Source: Eledone cirrhosa
Taxonomy: Eukaryota
Reading direction: 5' to 3'
Length of the DNA: 64,000 nucleotides
Assembly: GCA_964016885.1 (NCBI GenBank)
Contig: OZ024746.1
Coordinates: 16,926,001 to 16,990,000, forward strand
The notes beneath the pieces are model-generated. The model was not told the DNA's origin and did not search any database. It was given only the letters and a program-made list of their open reading frames with translations. Each line of letters begins with the position of its first letter. The stretch's first letter is position 1. Of the stretch, positions 49,718-63,221 are shown in pieces. The position numbers were made by a program, and so were the translations under genes.

Positions 49718-50617
49718 CCTCTCTCTCTCTGACACATGCACAATTTCAAATAATTAATTTCGATTGAAATTTTGTTCTTTGCGCCCTCTGCCCTGCCTGC
49801 CAAAATCATTTAATTACCAAGTGCCAAAGATGTCATTGGTATTTAAAAAGAACATTCTTCCCACCTCTGCCCCAACCACCTGCAGACAAGCATCTGTGTT
49901 ATTTCCTATGACTTTAACCCTTTTGATACCAAACCACCTGAAATGACCCCCTGGGTTTATGTTTATTTTAAAGTGTTAAGTTATATTCCAAACACCAATA
50001 TAATGAGAAAGTTAGTTACATTACTAAATCCCCTCAAATTCTTGATTATTTTAAAAATCAATTGAAAATCAAATTAGAAATATGAATCGAGTGACATGTC
50101 CTTGAGCAAGACACTTTATTTCATTTCATTCAGCTGTGGAAAATGAGTTGTACTTGTAATTCATCATGCTTTTCTCAGCTTGCATGTGTTTGATGAATTT
50201 TCTCCGGCACAACTTTCTTTTACTTGTCACCTTCCTTCATCATATCTTCTGTGAGGTTCAGCATTCTGAGATCAGCTCTCATTACCCCCCCACCCCTCTC
50301 TCTCTCAAGGGATTCCTTCATTCACAATAACATTTCAATATACCAACTCATATAACACCATATGTAGGTACCTTTTGCTATTTTTATAGACATAGATACA
50401 TGAGTTATAATGCTGCTAATCCCTTCAAAGTAGGCCCTTTCTACTTTCACACAATTACCTTAAACCTAACCCCAACCCAACAATCCTTCCACTGTTCAAA
50501 TCATATCTGAAATGTTTTTACTAGAATGGTTCTCAGATCCACCACTGCAGTCTGTCTGATGTCCTGTCACCTCTCAAAGAAGTCAGAAAGAGCCACTTCT
50601 AGAGAGTATGGAGCCTG
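48802..50617 (+). repeat. ~305-bp direct repeat pair (48802-49107 and 50312-50617)
   Basis: attccttcattcacaataa...taccaactcatataacaccatatg...ccactgcagtctgtctgat...ctctcaaagaag...gagcctg in both copies, moderately diverged. Confidence 0.9.
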
Positions 50618-50819
50618 GCACACAAACATTATACATGCTGACCTCATTTCTTTTTAATATTTGCACATCTACATTCAATGTCCATATCACACTTCCATGC
50701 AACACCACACTTCATATGAAAGCCTCATATAATCTACCATATATGGTTTTATCTATACCAGCATAGCAGAAATAGATGTTAAATGATGATATATATTTTT
50801 CAAATTCTCTTTTAAAACT

Positions 50820-50917
50820 ATATTTTCTTTTTGGTTTTATTTCTAGGTAAGAAAATGTCAGTTTTTCCCTGTCTCTTCTGTGTGTCACCCCAAGATTATG
50901 ACCTTGACATGGTCAGA
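50820..50917 (+). other. Candidate recursive splice site with 65-nt cryptic RS-exon
   Basis: tattttctttttggttttatttctAG|GTAAGA (junction 50846/50847), then a weaker donor ATG|GTCAGA at 50912. Confidence 0.55.
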
Positions 50918-52482
50918 TGTTATCAAATGCGCAACTAATTCTGGAAAATATTATATCTGTGTTTGTCTGTGTATGTATCCAGGTGAAACTAGTGAGGTGG
51001 AACGTGGAAGCTGGGCCAGTTGTGTGTGTAGGAGATGGGGATTTGTTCTGTTCTTTCACTTGTGGGTACATCACATATTTCTCTGTAGATTGATAAAGAT
51101 GAACATTTTCAGCTGAGTTTTAATATTTGTTGAGATCATCATCAGAAACCGTATACATGTCATAAATTACACTAAGAAATACGCAGCTAAAGGCTTTATA
51201 TACCCATCAGATTTGTTTAAATCCTGTTTACATGTTTATATATATATATACATATAGAGGGGGGGGGTATATAGAAAAGGCTTCTAGAGGACTAGAACTG
51301 TTGCATCATCATCATCATTTTACATCCGCTTTTCCCTGCTTGCAAGGGTGGGATGAGTCCTATTCAGCACAGCATCTCTCCACTTGTCACAGGTCCTTCG
51401 TCATCTCCTCCGTGAGCTTCAGCGATCTGAGGTCTGCTCTCACCACCTCCGCTCATGTTTTTCGTGGTCTTCCTTCAACTGGCATTTCTTGGCACTTCTT
51501 TACCCAGCGGTCATCCTCCATGCGCATCACATGTCCATACCATTCATATGAAATCATTAGGAATGCACTCGAGACTAACACATATATATAAATGCATGTC
51601 TACATACACATTTCTCATAGCTTCAGTTAAAACCTCTACAGTTAGTGTACAGATATGAATTTAGAGTATACTCCAACCGCCTAATCTCATTTAATATATA
51701 ATTGAATTAACTACCACTGTAAAAATTAAAAACCAATTGGCGATGGTCTTTAATAACTGAGAAACTAGGTTTCCTTATTTGAATTTTGTCAAACACAAAC
51801 TTCATATAGCTACATGCAGAACCTTGTGTGTATGTATTTTTGAATGTACATTCGTATGTGTATGAGTGTGTATATAAACGTACATTTGTGTGTGTATGTG
51901 TGTTTATGAACGTGTGTGTGTGTTTATAAATATATGTGTGTTTATGAACGTATGAGTGTATGTGTTTATGAATGTAAATTTAGGTGTATGTGTGTGTGTT
52001 TATGAACACATATTTGTGTTTGTGTGTATGTTTATGTATATAGGCATTTATGCATGTGCATATGTGTGTTTATGTATTTATGTGTATGTGTGTGTGTTTC
52101 CCAGTTGCTAGAGAATTTAGTTATTCCAATTCTCCAATGGTTACATATTTGTTTTTCTCTGACAGTTGAGTGTGGAGTGGGATGGCGTGGGGTACCACAT
52201 TATGTAAGCTGGGTAGTGTGGGATTTGAGAGAGATTTGATTGCCATATCTAGCAGATAAAGTGACCACATAAAGGCTCTTTTGTTAGGTGTTTGGTGGTG
52301 GCAGCGGTAGGGGTGTGTCTGGAAACAAATAGCTACTTAACTATTCAACCCATTGTTGTTGATGATGATGATGGTCTATTTACAAAGTGCTGTTCACTGC
52401 AATGGCACCAATTACTATTGTGGTTAATGAGGTTAGTTTAACTGGTGGACACTTCAGTCAGTCACTCGTGAGATTGGTACAT

Positions 52483-52790
52483 CCACCACCACCATTGCCA
52501 TCACGATAACCACCATTACCACCACCATTGCCATCATCACCATCATTGCCATAACCACCATCATCGCCATAACCACCATTACCACCATTGCCATCACCAT
52601 TACCACCATTGCCACCATTACCATCACCACCATTGCCATCACCATTACCACCATTGCCATCACCATTACCACCATCACCACCACCATCACCATCACCATC
52701 ACAATCATTGCCATCACCATCACCACCACCATTACCAATCATCACTACCACCACCATTACTGTTACTGCTACCATCACCATCAACTCTAC
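52483..52790 (+). repeat. Degenerate (CCA/CAT/TTG) trinucleotide tract
   Basis: caccaccattgccatcaccattacc run. Confidence 0.9.
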
Positions 52791-53611
52791 CTCCATTACC
52801 CCTCCGTATCCCCCCTCCCCCTATCCCCTTGCCTATTAAATTTTGCTAATCTATCTCTGGCAAAATTTTATTTTAAGCAACAGCATTGCTGCTACAATTA
52901 ATTTTCTTTATACAGTAAAAAAAAATTTACATGACAAAAATAGTACATTACAAGAAATCTCATATGTTATAAAATAACAGGATGAGTTGGGATCTCAATA
53001 TGTAAACTAAATGACTAATTCTGGTTTTTAAAAAAATCAAAAGAGACAGCCTAGAAAAATTATCGATTCCCCCACCCCCACCCCTCTGTTATTTGGGACC
53101 GAAGAGTATTTCCTCTGGCTTGTTATGCCTGTTAGGGTTCAGGTGTCAAACTTATCTTTGCTGCTGGACACTTAGAGAGAGCTGTCGCTATGTCACTGCC
53201 ATACATGGACAAAAGAAGACTGTTGAAGTTTCCTTGTCTGTTTATTTCATCTAACAGCATTAAGTGGAAGATATGTTATCTTCAGATTGTAAGGAGAGCT
53301 AGCTTGAGGTTAAATATGAACAAGGATGTGTATGTTGTTATATCTTGATATCCTGGGCTGATGTAGTATTTTTGGTCAAATCTGGATGTTGTCATCATCA
53401 TTGTTTTAATGTCCACTTTTCTTGTTAGCAACAACTGGACATCATCACTACCATCACTACTGGAATCCACAGTAGCACTGTGAAGCAGTCATTCACACAG
53501 TGGTGGCTATCATTGTAAAAACGGGTGTTACTCTCCTGAAACTTCAGACCTGGTTCCTGTTGTGATGGTAGTCACGGATGTGGTGGGTGGGTGTGCAAAG
53601 ACTTACAATAA

Positions 53612-54076
53612 TACCTACTACCACCACCACCACCACTATTACTACACCACCACCACCACTATTACTACCACCACTACCACCACCACTACCACCACCACCA
53701 CCACTATTACTACTACCACCACCACTACTACTACCACCACCACCACCACCACTATTACTACTACCACCACCACCACCACCACTATTACTACTACCACCAC
53801 CACCACTATTACTACCACCACCACCACCATTACTACTACCACCACCACCACCACCACCACCACCACTATTACTACCACCACCACTACCACCACTATTACT
53901 ACTATCACCACCACCACCACCATTACTACCACCACCATTACTACTACCACCACCACCACCACTATTACTACCACCACCACCACTATTACTACCACCACCA
54001 CCACCATTACTACTACCACCACCACCATCACCACTACCACTACTATCACTACCACCACCATCACCACTACTACTAC
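53612..54076 (+). repeat. (ACC/ACT/ATT)n compound microsatellite
   Basis: accaccaccactattactacc run. Confidence 0.95.
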
Positions 54077-54369
54077 AGTAGTATCATTGTAAGCCTCTAC
54101 ACAATCTCTGACTATAGTAGCTTAATATCCATATGGCTTCTTGCCCAGATCAAGTTCCGTTATAATTATCATGATCATATTACATGGCTAAGTGACTCAG
54201 GTGCAACTTCATAGGAAGTTCCTTTTAGAATTTCACTGATTCTTTGAGAGAAAGAATTATTTACTTGACGGTTTGGGATTTGTTCATTGTTTTGCTTTGT
54301 ATTTGTTGATTTTTTAAAATATTTAAAATTTATATTAGGACTGTCAAAACTGGGAAAAGGATTACATAC

Positions 54370-55190
54370 TGGGGTTCAATATCTAATCCTCTTTGAAGTA
54401 GGCCCCAATGTTCCTCCACACATTTAACTCAGTGATCCCTCTCCTGTTTGAAGCATATCTGGAATACTTCTTCCAGAATAGTTTTCAACCTCTGCTCTCC
54501 ACAGTCCACATGATGTCTTCTTGGTTCTCAAAATGGGAGCCTTTCAATGGCAGTTTCATTTTTAGGAACAACCACAAATCTGGAGAGTAGGGAGCTGACA
54601 GCCTGGCAAATGAGCAAAATTCCTTTCTTTGCCAAGAAACATTAGATCAGTTGTGATAAATGAGCCAAGGCATTGTCACGAAGCATCTGCCAGTTTTACG
54701 ATGCCTACAGACCTGGTTTCTTGCACCAAACTGCATTACAAAGATGATGGAGGACTTTGTAACTGTGTGTCCTTTTGGTGTGTATTTATGATACACAATG
54801 TCTTGGTAGTCAAAGAAAATAGTCAGCATCATCTTGATTCTACTCCGGACCTCACATTATTTTTGAGGCCCTTGGCAATATTGGATGCCTCCACTGAGAT
54901 AACTGAGCATTGATTTCAGGGTTGTACCCTGACACCCATGTCTCATCTCCAGTTATTACAGTATTCAGGAAGTCAGGATCTTTGTTGGTAGTATTGAGTG
55001 AAATGAAAGTGTGACAAATAAGTAGTACAGTATCTCACACACTGGTTGCCTGACAGCAACTTTCACATCCTGTGGACTTGCCAAAAACCACACATATGGA
55101 TAAATCTGTGGCTCCATTCTGCACATTTTTGTCCTACTAGCATCAATAATTCCCATATGTTTGATAAACCCCATGTATATTTCTCACACA
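54370..55190 (-). pseudogene. Old degraded mariner transposase; a second fragment lies at ~49060-49290
   Basis: Minus strand reads VITGDETWVSGYNPE..AQLSQWRHP and MLTIFFDYQDIVYHKYTPKGHTVTK. Confidence 0.8.
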
Positions 55191-55389
55191 AACTTGTAGG
55201 TTTGACCAAATTCCACATTTTATATGAATTGCTATTTCAAAATCACCAGAAATATTTAACAGCTATGTGTGTGCTGACACCCATCTTTTCCTGTTCGGTC
55301 GGTTTATATAGCCCATTATTAGACTATATTATATAGTCAAAAATATTACGGTGAAGCTTCTATTTATATTTCAGTTATATATGTATGTA

Positions 55390-55431
<42 letters not shown>

Positions 55432-56611
55432 CGTGCGCGCTATAAATACATATATATATGTTATAAATCTCTATCAAAGCTTTCTTGTATCTAAGAATCG
55501 GAGTCAGAGAATCAGAATCGGTTTATTGATGGATTTAAAAACCTTTGCATCACTTTGTAGTTGCTAGGCAACCAACAGAAACTACAATATTCAACACCTA
55601 TTCAATACAGGAGGATACACTATAATATCTGGAAATGCATGCTACTTACCACAATTTTAAGCTGATTTTTATTTATATAAAGCTGGTATTTCTAAGAAAA
55701 TATCTTATCTCCACTTTATTTTACATAGTACTGTCTGTCCTACTTCCATAGGATACTACTATTTTATCCGCAATATATGCTTCCTTGTAATAAAAGATAC
55801 ATGTACTTCTTTCAATGGTCTTTGTTGCCATTAACTGAAAAAATTTTTTTGAAATTTTATTAACATATTTAAAATATTTTTTTTTCTTCTATATATTTTA
55901 TTTTTGTCAAGTTTGTAGAATTTCTATCTTTAGATACAAAATTTATTGGAATTACATGTAGTTGTTGGTGTTGCTCTTGTCCTTGAAAAACTTCAGTATT
56001 AAGTCATGGAATAGGTTAGAAAGAATATTCTATACTGCTACTTCTATTTTGTATTCTTTTAGACTGTGACCATACTGAGGTACCACTTTGAAGAGAGTCA
56101 TTCATATCAACCCCATTACTTATTTGTTTAAAATCTGGTGCTTATTTGATCAATCTTTATCGAACTGCTACATTATGGGGCATTAACAAAGAATAAATGT
56201 AAAAACGGACAAGGACACACACATTTATTACAGATAATGGGCTTCCGTACAGTTCCTGTTTACCAAATTTCACTCACAAAGCATTGGTCAATTTGCAGCT
56301 ATAGAAGACATCCAAAGTGTTATGAGGTGAGACTGAGCCCCAAACCATGTGGTTTTAATGATGATGAGGAGGAGGATGAAAACCTTCTGCTGTCCAGTTC
56401 TCTTTAGAGTTTTTTATCACTCTACACACTCACTCACACACTCACTCACTCACTCACTCACTCACTCACTCACTCACTCACTCACTCACTCTTTCTCTCT
56501 AGTAAAAGTTTGGCAGCAATACCCAAGGGTAAGAGCACTCAGGCCAGGCTGAATGAGTTGGGGTGCATAACCCAATGAAACTTAAGTACCTGTATATGTA
56601 ACTGTTGTACC

Positions 56612-56642
<31 letters not shown>

Positions 56643-57404
56643 GGGTGTAGGCATGCAACCACATAGTTTTGGGCTTAGTTCTGATGCATGGAACCTTGGA
56701 TGTCTTTTACTATAGCCTCAAAGTATCATCATGATACCATGTAGTTGCAAGTGAATGTCTTTACCACACAACCATGCCAGTATCTAAGTAATCCTTAGAC
56801 TGAATTCAATTCTCTGCTATTTCAAAGCTAACACCTTGTTTTCCCACGCTGCCATATCTAAGTAGTATAAAGTTGATCAAAACATGGCTATGTTTATATT
56901 TATGTTTGTGTCTGTTTGTGTGTTTCATGTTTATTTCTCAAATCTAACATGTTTTATCAAAGATTTCTTTACTTGTTGTTAACATCAGAGGCTTAAAAAT
57001 GAAATTTTTTACCAACATCATGATATTATCTCTATCAAAACATTTAGCCATGTTCTTGAGGTTATTCTGAATAATCATCATCATCATTTTTATGTCCACA
57101 TTTCCATACTTACATGAAAATGAAAAATGAAATTTATAGCTCATATCTATGCAAGTTTAGGTCATATATTCATAGAACTTTTCTCAGGTTTCTTAATGAT
57201 AAGAGACCCAGTCCTATCATGAAAAGCAATATGAAATAAAGTGTCTTGCTCAAGAACACAATGTACAGCCCCATCCAACAACTTTATGATCATAAGTCTA
57301 TTGCTCAAAGGCACTAGACTACCCATCTTCATGGTATAGGATGGACAAAATTTATTTTACGCAATTTTTTCTGTGTTTAGATACCTTTACTAATGTCATC
57401 TTGC

Positions 57405-57441
<37 letters not shown>

Positions 57442-57490
57442 GCTGACTGAACATGCATGTGTGTTTTGTTTATCTATCTTTTTAATTCTA

Positions 57491-57527
57491 TCTTCTGATG
57501 AAGGACTAGTGTCCAAAACATTAAAAC
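57491..57527 (+). ncRNA. Penelope-type minimal hammerhead motif, single core mutation
   Basis: tctt-CTGATGA-a-ggac-tagt-gtcc-aAAAC-atta; GAAA is changed to AAAA at a CpG-type site. Confidence 0.5.
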
Positions 57528-57946
57528 TCTTTTCCTGTTATTTCAAGCATTAAACTAATATATTTCTTCAATGTATTGTCTCTTAAGTATGTCTGAACAA
57601 GTAGCTATTACTGGATGTAGTGATACAACAATAATAATAACAATTACCATAGCATAGATGTCATTCATATCAAGGATGGTCAATGATATTGTTGTTGAAG
57701 GAACCATTCAAAACAATAAATTATGTTCTTCCTGAGCCACTTTATGCTAAAAGCTGGAATCTGTGCGATTTCTGCAGTTACAAAATGAATTTCCTAACCA
57801 AACAGCCAACCTTGAATGTGGAGCCAATATATAATTTTAGGTTTAGTCATACAGAATTTGGAGTTTTAAGGAAAGAACTAAATTATTTTCTAGATTAGTA
57901 ATGTTTGGTCAATGCTGTTTCTGACTTATATTATGGTATTTTTTAA

Positions 57947-58170
57947 TTGTTGCTGTTTTTGTTTAGCCCTAGGTCAGCCCTGAATGAGCAGACCTATGAC
58001 CTAAAGCATTCTAGCTATGACCATCCCGTCTTTTCAAACATATTTTATCTTAGGCTTACAGTATCTGATATGTCCTTTCCTTTTTTTTTTTAAAGAAGGT
58101 AATGTGTAATTTGAGAGGGATTTGGCTGGTATTTCTTGCATGCCACGGGACCACATAGATGTGTCCTCTT
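57947..58170 (+). repeat. Interspersed repeat of unknown class (copies at ~5368-5690 reverse, ~46395-46580, ~52220-52280)
   Basis: Shared motifs gtttagccc.aggtcagccctga and gagagatttggctgctatttctagcag...gaccacataga. Confidence 0.6.
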
Positions 58171-59099
58171 TGTCAGCCAACTATGGTTATGCTTAGCATC
58201 ATTGGGTTGGTTGGGTGTTGGAACGTGGAGGTACAAATTGACAAAAGACCTTGCAGTGTATATTCTGGTTTCTTGCATTCTGAATTCAAATTTTGCCACT
58301 GTTAGATTTACCATTCTTCTTTCCAGCCTAAGTTAGTGAACTAATGAAATAATGTTGGATGGGACACTTTTAGTATTTGTTCTGTTTTCCCCTTCAGTTC
58401 AAGTCCTACACTATAGCCTATTTAAGGAGTAGATTTAATCACTCACCTGGTCCTTGGGTGCTTTTAGTAGGGTCTACCCTGTTGTGAGCATTTGGGTTAG
58501 GTCTTCTATTTCAGGATACCTTCCTTCTCTCCTGAAGTCTTGAGAAGTTTCATAGGCACTCTCCTTCCTCCTGAAGTCCTCAGTGATTGAAAAAGAAGCT
58601 GGTAGTGGTCTTTCTCATGACATCAAATGCGTGGTGCTTGATGGCCACACCACTTTACTGAAAATGTTTCTGTCTATATAGACGTAAATAGATAACTGAG
58701 TAATACAGCTTGTCAGAACAAGTTGTCAGATAAACATTGTAAAATATATGAAATGATTTGTTAGTTTGATTTCATTATTTAACCCTTTCATGATCATATT
58801 TGTAATGAAATGCACTCTATTTTAATTCTGAGAGATTTACTAATAGAATTATTTCATTGCTACAATAACAACTTAACTTATGGTTCTTATATAAAATGAT
58901 GCTAGACGATTTTAATTTCCTGTTTTGGTAATTTTACTAGGTTGACGTAGCCCAGTTACTCAGCAGGAAAAGAAAATCATCCATGTTTTCCCCCTCTCAC
59001 TAACTAAAGATGCTATAAGACTCATTCTAAAACTTGATTACATCTTATAACACAAGTGGATTAATGAGGGCATGAGTTAAGATGATACTAAATTGCTAA

Positions 59100-60223
59100 C
59101 CTTAACCATCATCACTGTCCCCCAACTTAGGCCCCTAAAGGCACTTGTGATCCTGGCCTTCAGATCGTCTTTCGTATTGCCGCTAGATCTGTTGGTGTCT
59201 CGTTCCACTGCGCCCCACACAAAGAAGTCAAGGAGGTTACAGTCAGGCGAGCTGGGAGGTCAGATGTCAGGTGAAGTGTGGTCGACAAAGTCCCCTGACA
59301 GCCAAGCTTGGGTCTTTTGGCTGGTACGGCAGGGCGCTGAGTCTTGCTGCCACACATACGGCCTACCTGCAGCTACCTGGTCGATCCAGGGCTTTACTAC
59401 CTCGCTCAGAACGCGGATGTAGCCATCGGTGTTCAGCTTGAGGCCCTCAGGGAAGAAGTGAGGTGGCATGATGTCACTTTGACTGCTGACGACACCTAAG
59501 AGCAATGTTGTCGCTGGAAACTTTGTCTGCATGACTCTGGGCACGTCTTTGGATGAGACAGCGAGTCACCTGTTGTTCTGGGAGTTGATCTTCTGGTCTT
59601 GGCAGAAGTTTTTCTCGTCGGAGAAAAACCACAGCATGTCTGGCTCCAGTGGGTGTTTCAACTTGTTGATCAGCTTCTTTACGTGCTTCAGTCGCTTTTC
59701 TTGCATTGTCTTTGACAGAAATTGTCCTTTCCTCATCTTGTATGAAACATAGTGAATATCTTCATGTACCACCAGCCTAATGAGCTTTTTATCCACGCCT
59801 TTCTCCCTTGCAATGGCACGCATCGACTTGCTAGGTTCATTGTTGATGATATCCTGAACTTCAGCGACAAACTCGGGCATTCTGAAGGCGTCAGATCGTT
59901 GATCATGTGTTTTCCTCTCTGATGTTGCTTCGTAGTCGAATCCTGAATCTTCCAATTCCTTTCTGACCTTTTCCACCATTCTCCTGCTGACGCTGAAAAA
60001 GTCTGAAATTTCCTTATTTGTCCTCCCGGCGCGGATTCCAAGAAGAACTCCGTGTCTCTTCCACAAATTTGGAGGTTCAAAATTATTCATAATGAATTAT
60101 TCTGAAAATAAATAATGGAAATATAATCACTGTTTTTATGAAGACAAGAGTGACAACGGAAGTAAAATAAATTTGCATAAAATTAGCAGTTGAAAATTGT
60201 GAACAAATATCGTCCACACCCTG
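59100..60223 (-). mobile_element. maT-family (DD37D) Tc1/mariner transposon, 3'-truncated; transposase from 60090 with two in-frame TGA stops
   Basis: FSDEKNF ... QQDSAP-(37 aa)-SSPDCNLLD-FFVWG. The 5' TIR starts TA-CAGGGTGTGGAC at 60223. No matching second TIR was found. Confidence 0.9.
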
Positions 60224-61171
60224 TATATATATATATATATATATAATCACTCACCTTTTTCTGTCAATAAATTCCTTATCACCATCATTATCACCACTAC
60301 CATCATCATCATCATCACCACTACCATCATCATTATCACCATTACCACCACTACCATCATCACCCCACCACTTGCTACCTCCCACCCCATGGGTGTTCCA
60401 CTGGAGGGAAGACTGGGTGAGGGTCTATATCTGCTTGCCACTGTACACACCTGAAACTCTTATTGAAAACATGGTACATACTACCAAGTCATACTCGATT
60501 ATGTGTAGTGGCTGTAGTTATATATACATATTTGAGTATGTATGTATACACACACACACACGTATGTATATGTTTGTGATGGAATTAATTAGCCACTCTA
60601 CACACATATACCCACTGAACACAAACATGACCCCCCCCTCCTTCAGCAATTAACCTACATACATCTTGTAACCAAGGAAATGGTCAATTATTTTTCCTCT
60701 CTACCCAGCTAGTTTCCTTCTTCTTCTTTTTCTTTTCTTTGTCTTTTCTTCGTCCTTTTCTTCTTCTTTTTCTTTTTCTTTTCTTCTACTTCTTTTCTTC
60801 TTCTACAACCATGTCACAACAACCGTCCACATCAACATGCCATCAGTCCAACCACCAGCTATACTACCTCCACCACTGGTATCACCACCAACTCCCCCAC
60901 TAGAGCTACTACTAGTACCACACATCACTACCACTACTACTGACCCCCCCCCCCCCACACACACACACCCCCACCACCACCATCTCCACCACAACTACTG
61001 ACTACAACTTACCACCCATCACCACCACTAGTACCACCCATTTAGTAGTGCCAATTAACCCATTTGTACAATCCATGGATATGTTCTCTACCCTGACTTT
61101 TTGTTTTATTTTTAAGTTTTCTGGACCAAAGTTTTATCTACAAATTAATTCCATCACAGACGACTGTTGCT

Positions 61172-61690
61172 GCCACCACCACCACCAACACCACCACCAC
61201 CAACAACACCACCACCACCACCACCACCACCACCAACACCACCACCACCACCACCAACACCACCACCACCACCACCACCAACACCACCACCACCACCACC
61301 ACCACCACCAACACCACCACCACCACCACCACCACCACCACCACCACCGACACCACCAACACCACCACCACCACCAACACCACCACCACCACCAACACCA
61401 CCACCACAACCAACATCACCAACACCACCACCAACACCAACACCACCACCACCACCAACACCACCACCACCAACACCAACACCACCACCACCAACACCAC
61501 CACCACCACCAACACCACCACCAACACCACCACCACCACCACCACCACCACCACCACCAACACCACCACCACCAACATCACCACCACCACCACCACCACC
61601 ACCAACATCACCACCACCACCAACACCACCACCACCAACACCACCACCACCACCACCACCACCACCACAACCAACATCAACAACATCATC

Positions 61691-61724
<34 letters not shown>

Positions 61725-62890
61725 CCACCACCAACATCATCATCATCACCACAACCAACACCACCACCACCACCAACATCATCACCACCACCACAACCAA
61801 CATTACCACCACCACAACCAACATCATCATCACACCACCACAACCAACATCATCATCACACCACCACAACCAACATCACCACCACCACCACCAACATCAT
61901 CACCATCACCACCATCACCACCACCACCAACATCATCATCACACCACCACAACCAACATCACCACCACCACCACCAACAACATCATCACCACCACCACCA
62001 CCAACATCACCACCACCACCAACACCACCACCACAACCATCACCACCACCAACAACAACATCACCACCACCACCACCAACATCACCACCACCACCACCAC
62101 CACCACCAACATCATCATCACCACCACCACCAAAATCATCACCACCACCACCAAAATCATCACCACCACCACCAAAATCACCACCACCACCACAACCAAC
62201 ATCACCACCACCACCACAACCAACATCACCACCACCACCACAACCAACATCACCACCACAACCAACATCACCACCACCACCACAACCAACATCACCACCA
62301 CCACCACAACCAACATCACCACCACAACCAACATCACCACCACCACCACAACCAACATCACCACCACAACCAACATCATCACCACCACCACAACCAACAT
62401 CACCACCACCACCACAACCAACATCACCACCACCACCACAACCAACATCACCACCACCACCACAACCAACATCACCACCACCACCACAACCAACATCACC
62501 ACCACAACCAACATCACCACCACCACCACAACCAACATCACCACCACCACCACAACCAACATCACCACCACCACCACAACCAACATCACCACCACCACCA
62601 CAACCAACATCACCACCACCACCACAACCAACATCACCACCACAACCAACATCATCACCACCACCACCACCAACAACATCACCACCACCAACATCATCAT
62701 CACCACCCAAGCCAACATCATCACCACCACCACCACCACCACCACCACCACCACCACCACCACCACCACCACCAAGAACAACATCACCGCCACCACCATT
62801 ACCACCACCACCACCACCAACATCATCACCACCACAACCAACACCACCACCACCACCAACATCATCAGCAATAACATCATCACCATAACC
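61172..62890 (+). repeat. 1.7-kb (CAC/CAA/CAT)n array with a 15/21-bp higher-order unit
   Basis: (cac)n grades into caaccaacatcaccaccacca(c) repeats from ~62190. Confidence 0.97.
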
Positions 62891-63021
62891 ATTATCTACT
62901 TTACAACCTGTCTCCTACGTCTGATAACTGTTCCAATCTGGATTGACCCCCTCTCTTTCTATATGTGTGTATATATATGTATATATATGTATATACTCAT
63001 TTATTATTTTCTCCTGTGTAG

Positions 63022-63221
63022 GTGATGGATTTTGGTAGTGGATTGGCAGTATCGGTAGAGGCGTCGGACGCCATGCTTTGACGCATAAAGTTACGGCCCT
63101 TGCCATCCTGAGTTCAAATCTCGCCGAGGTTAACCTTGCCTTTCATCCTTACGGGGCCGATAAAATAAAGTACCAGTAATGCACTGGGATAATTGCTGGC
63201 CTTGTGCCAAAAGTAGAAACA
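63022..63221 (+). mobile_element. Young full-length Deu/Nin-type SINE with 19-bp target-site duplication
   Basis: attattttctcctgtgtag at 63003-63021 and 63222-63240; the body is nearly identical to the copies at 9.5-9.95 kb. Confidence 0.92.

Noticed and set aside
61048-62892. Poly-His/Pro/Val/Gly ORFs (extensin-like)
   Set aside because: Trinucleotide microsatellite open in most frames; no unique domain.
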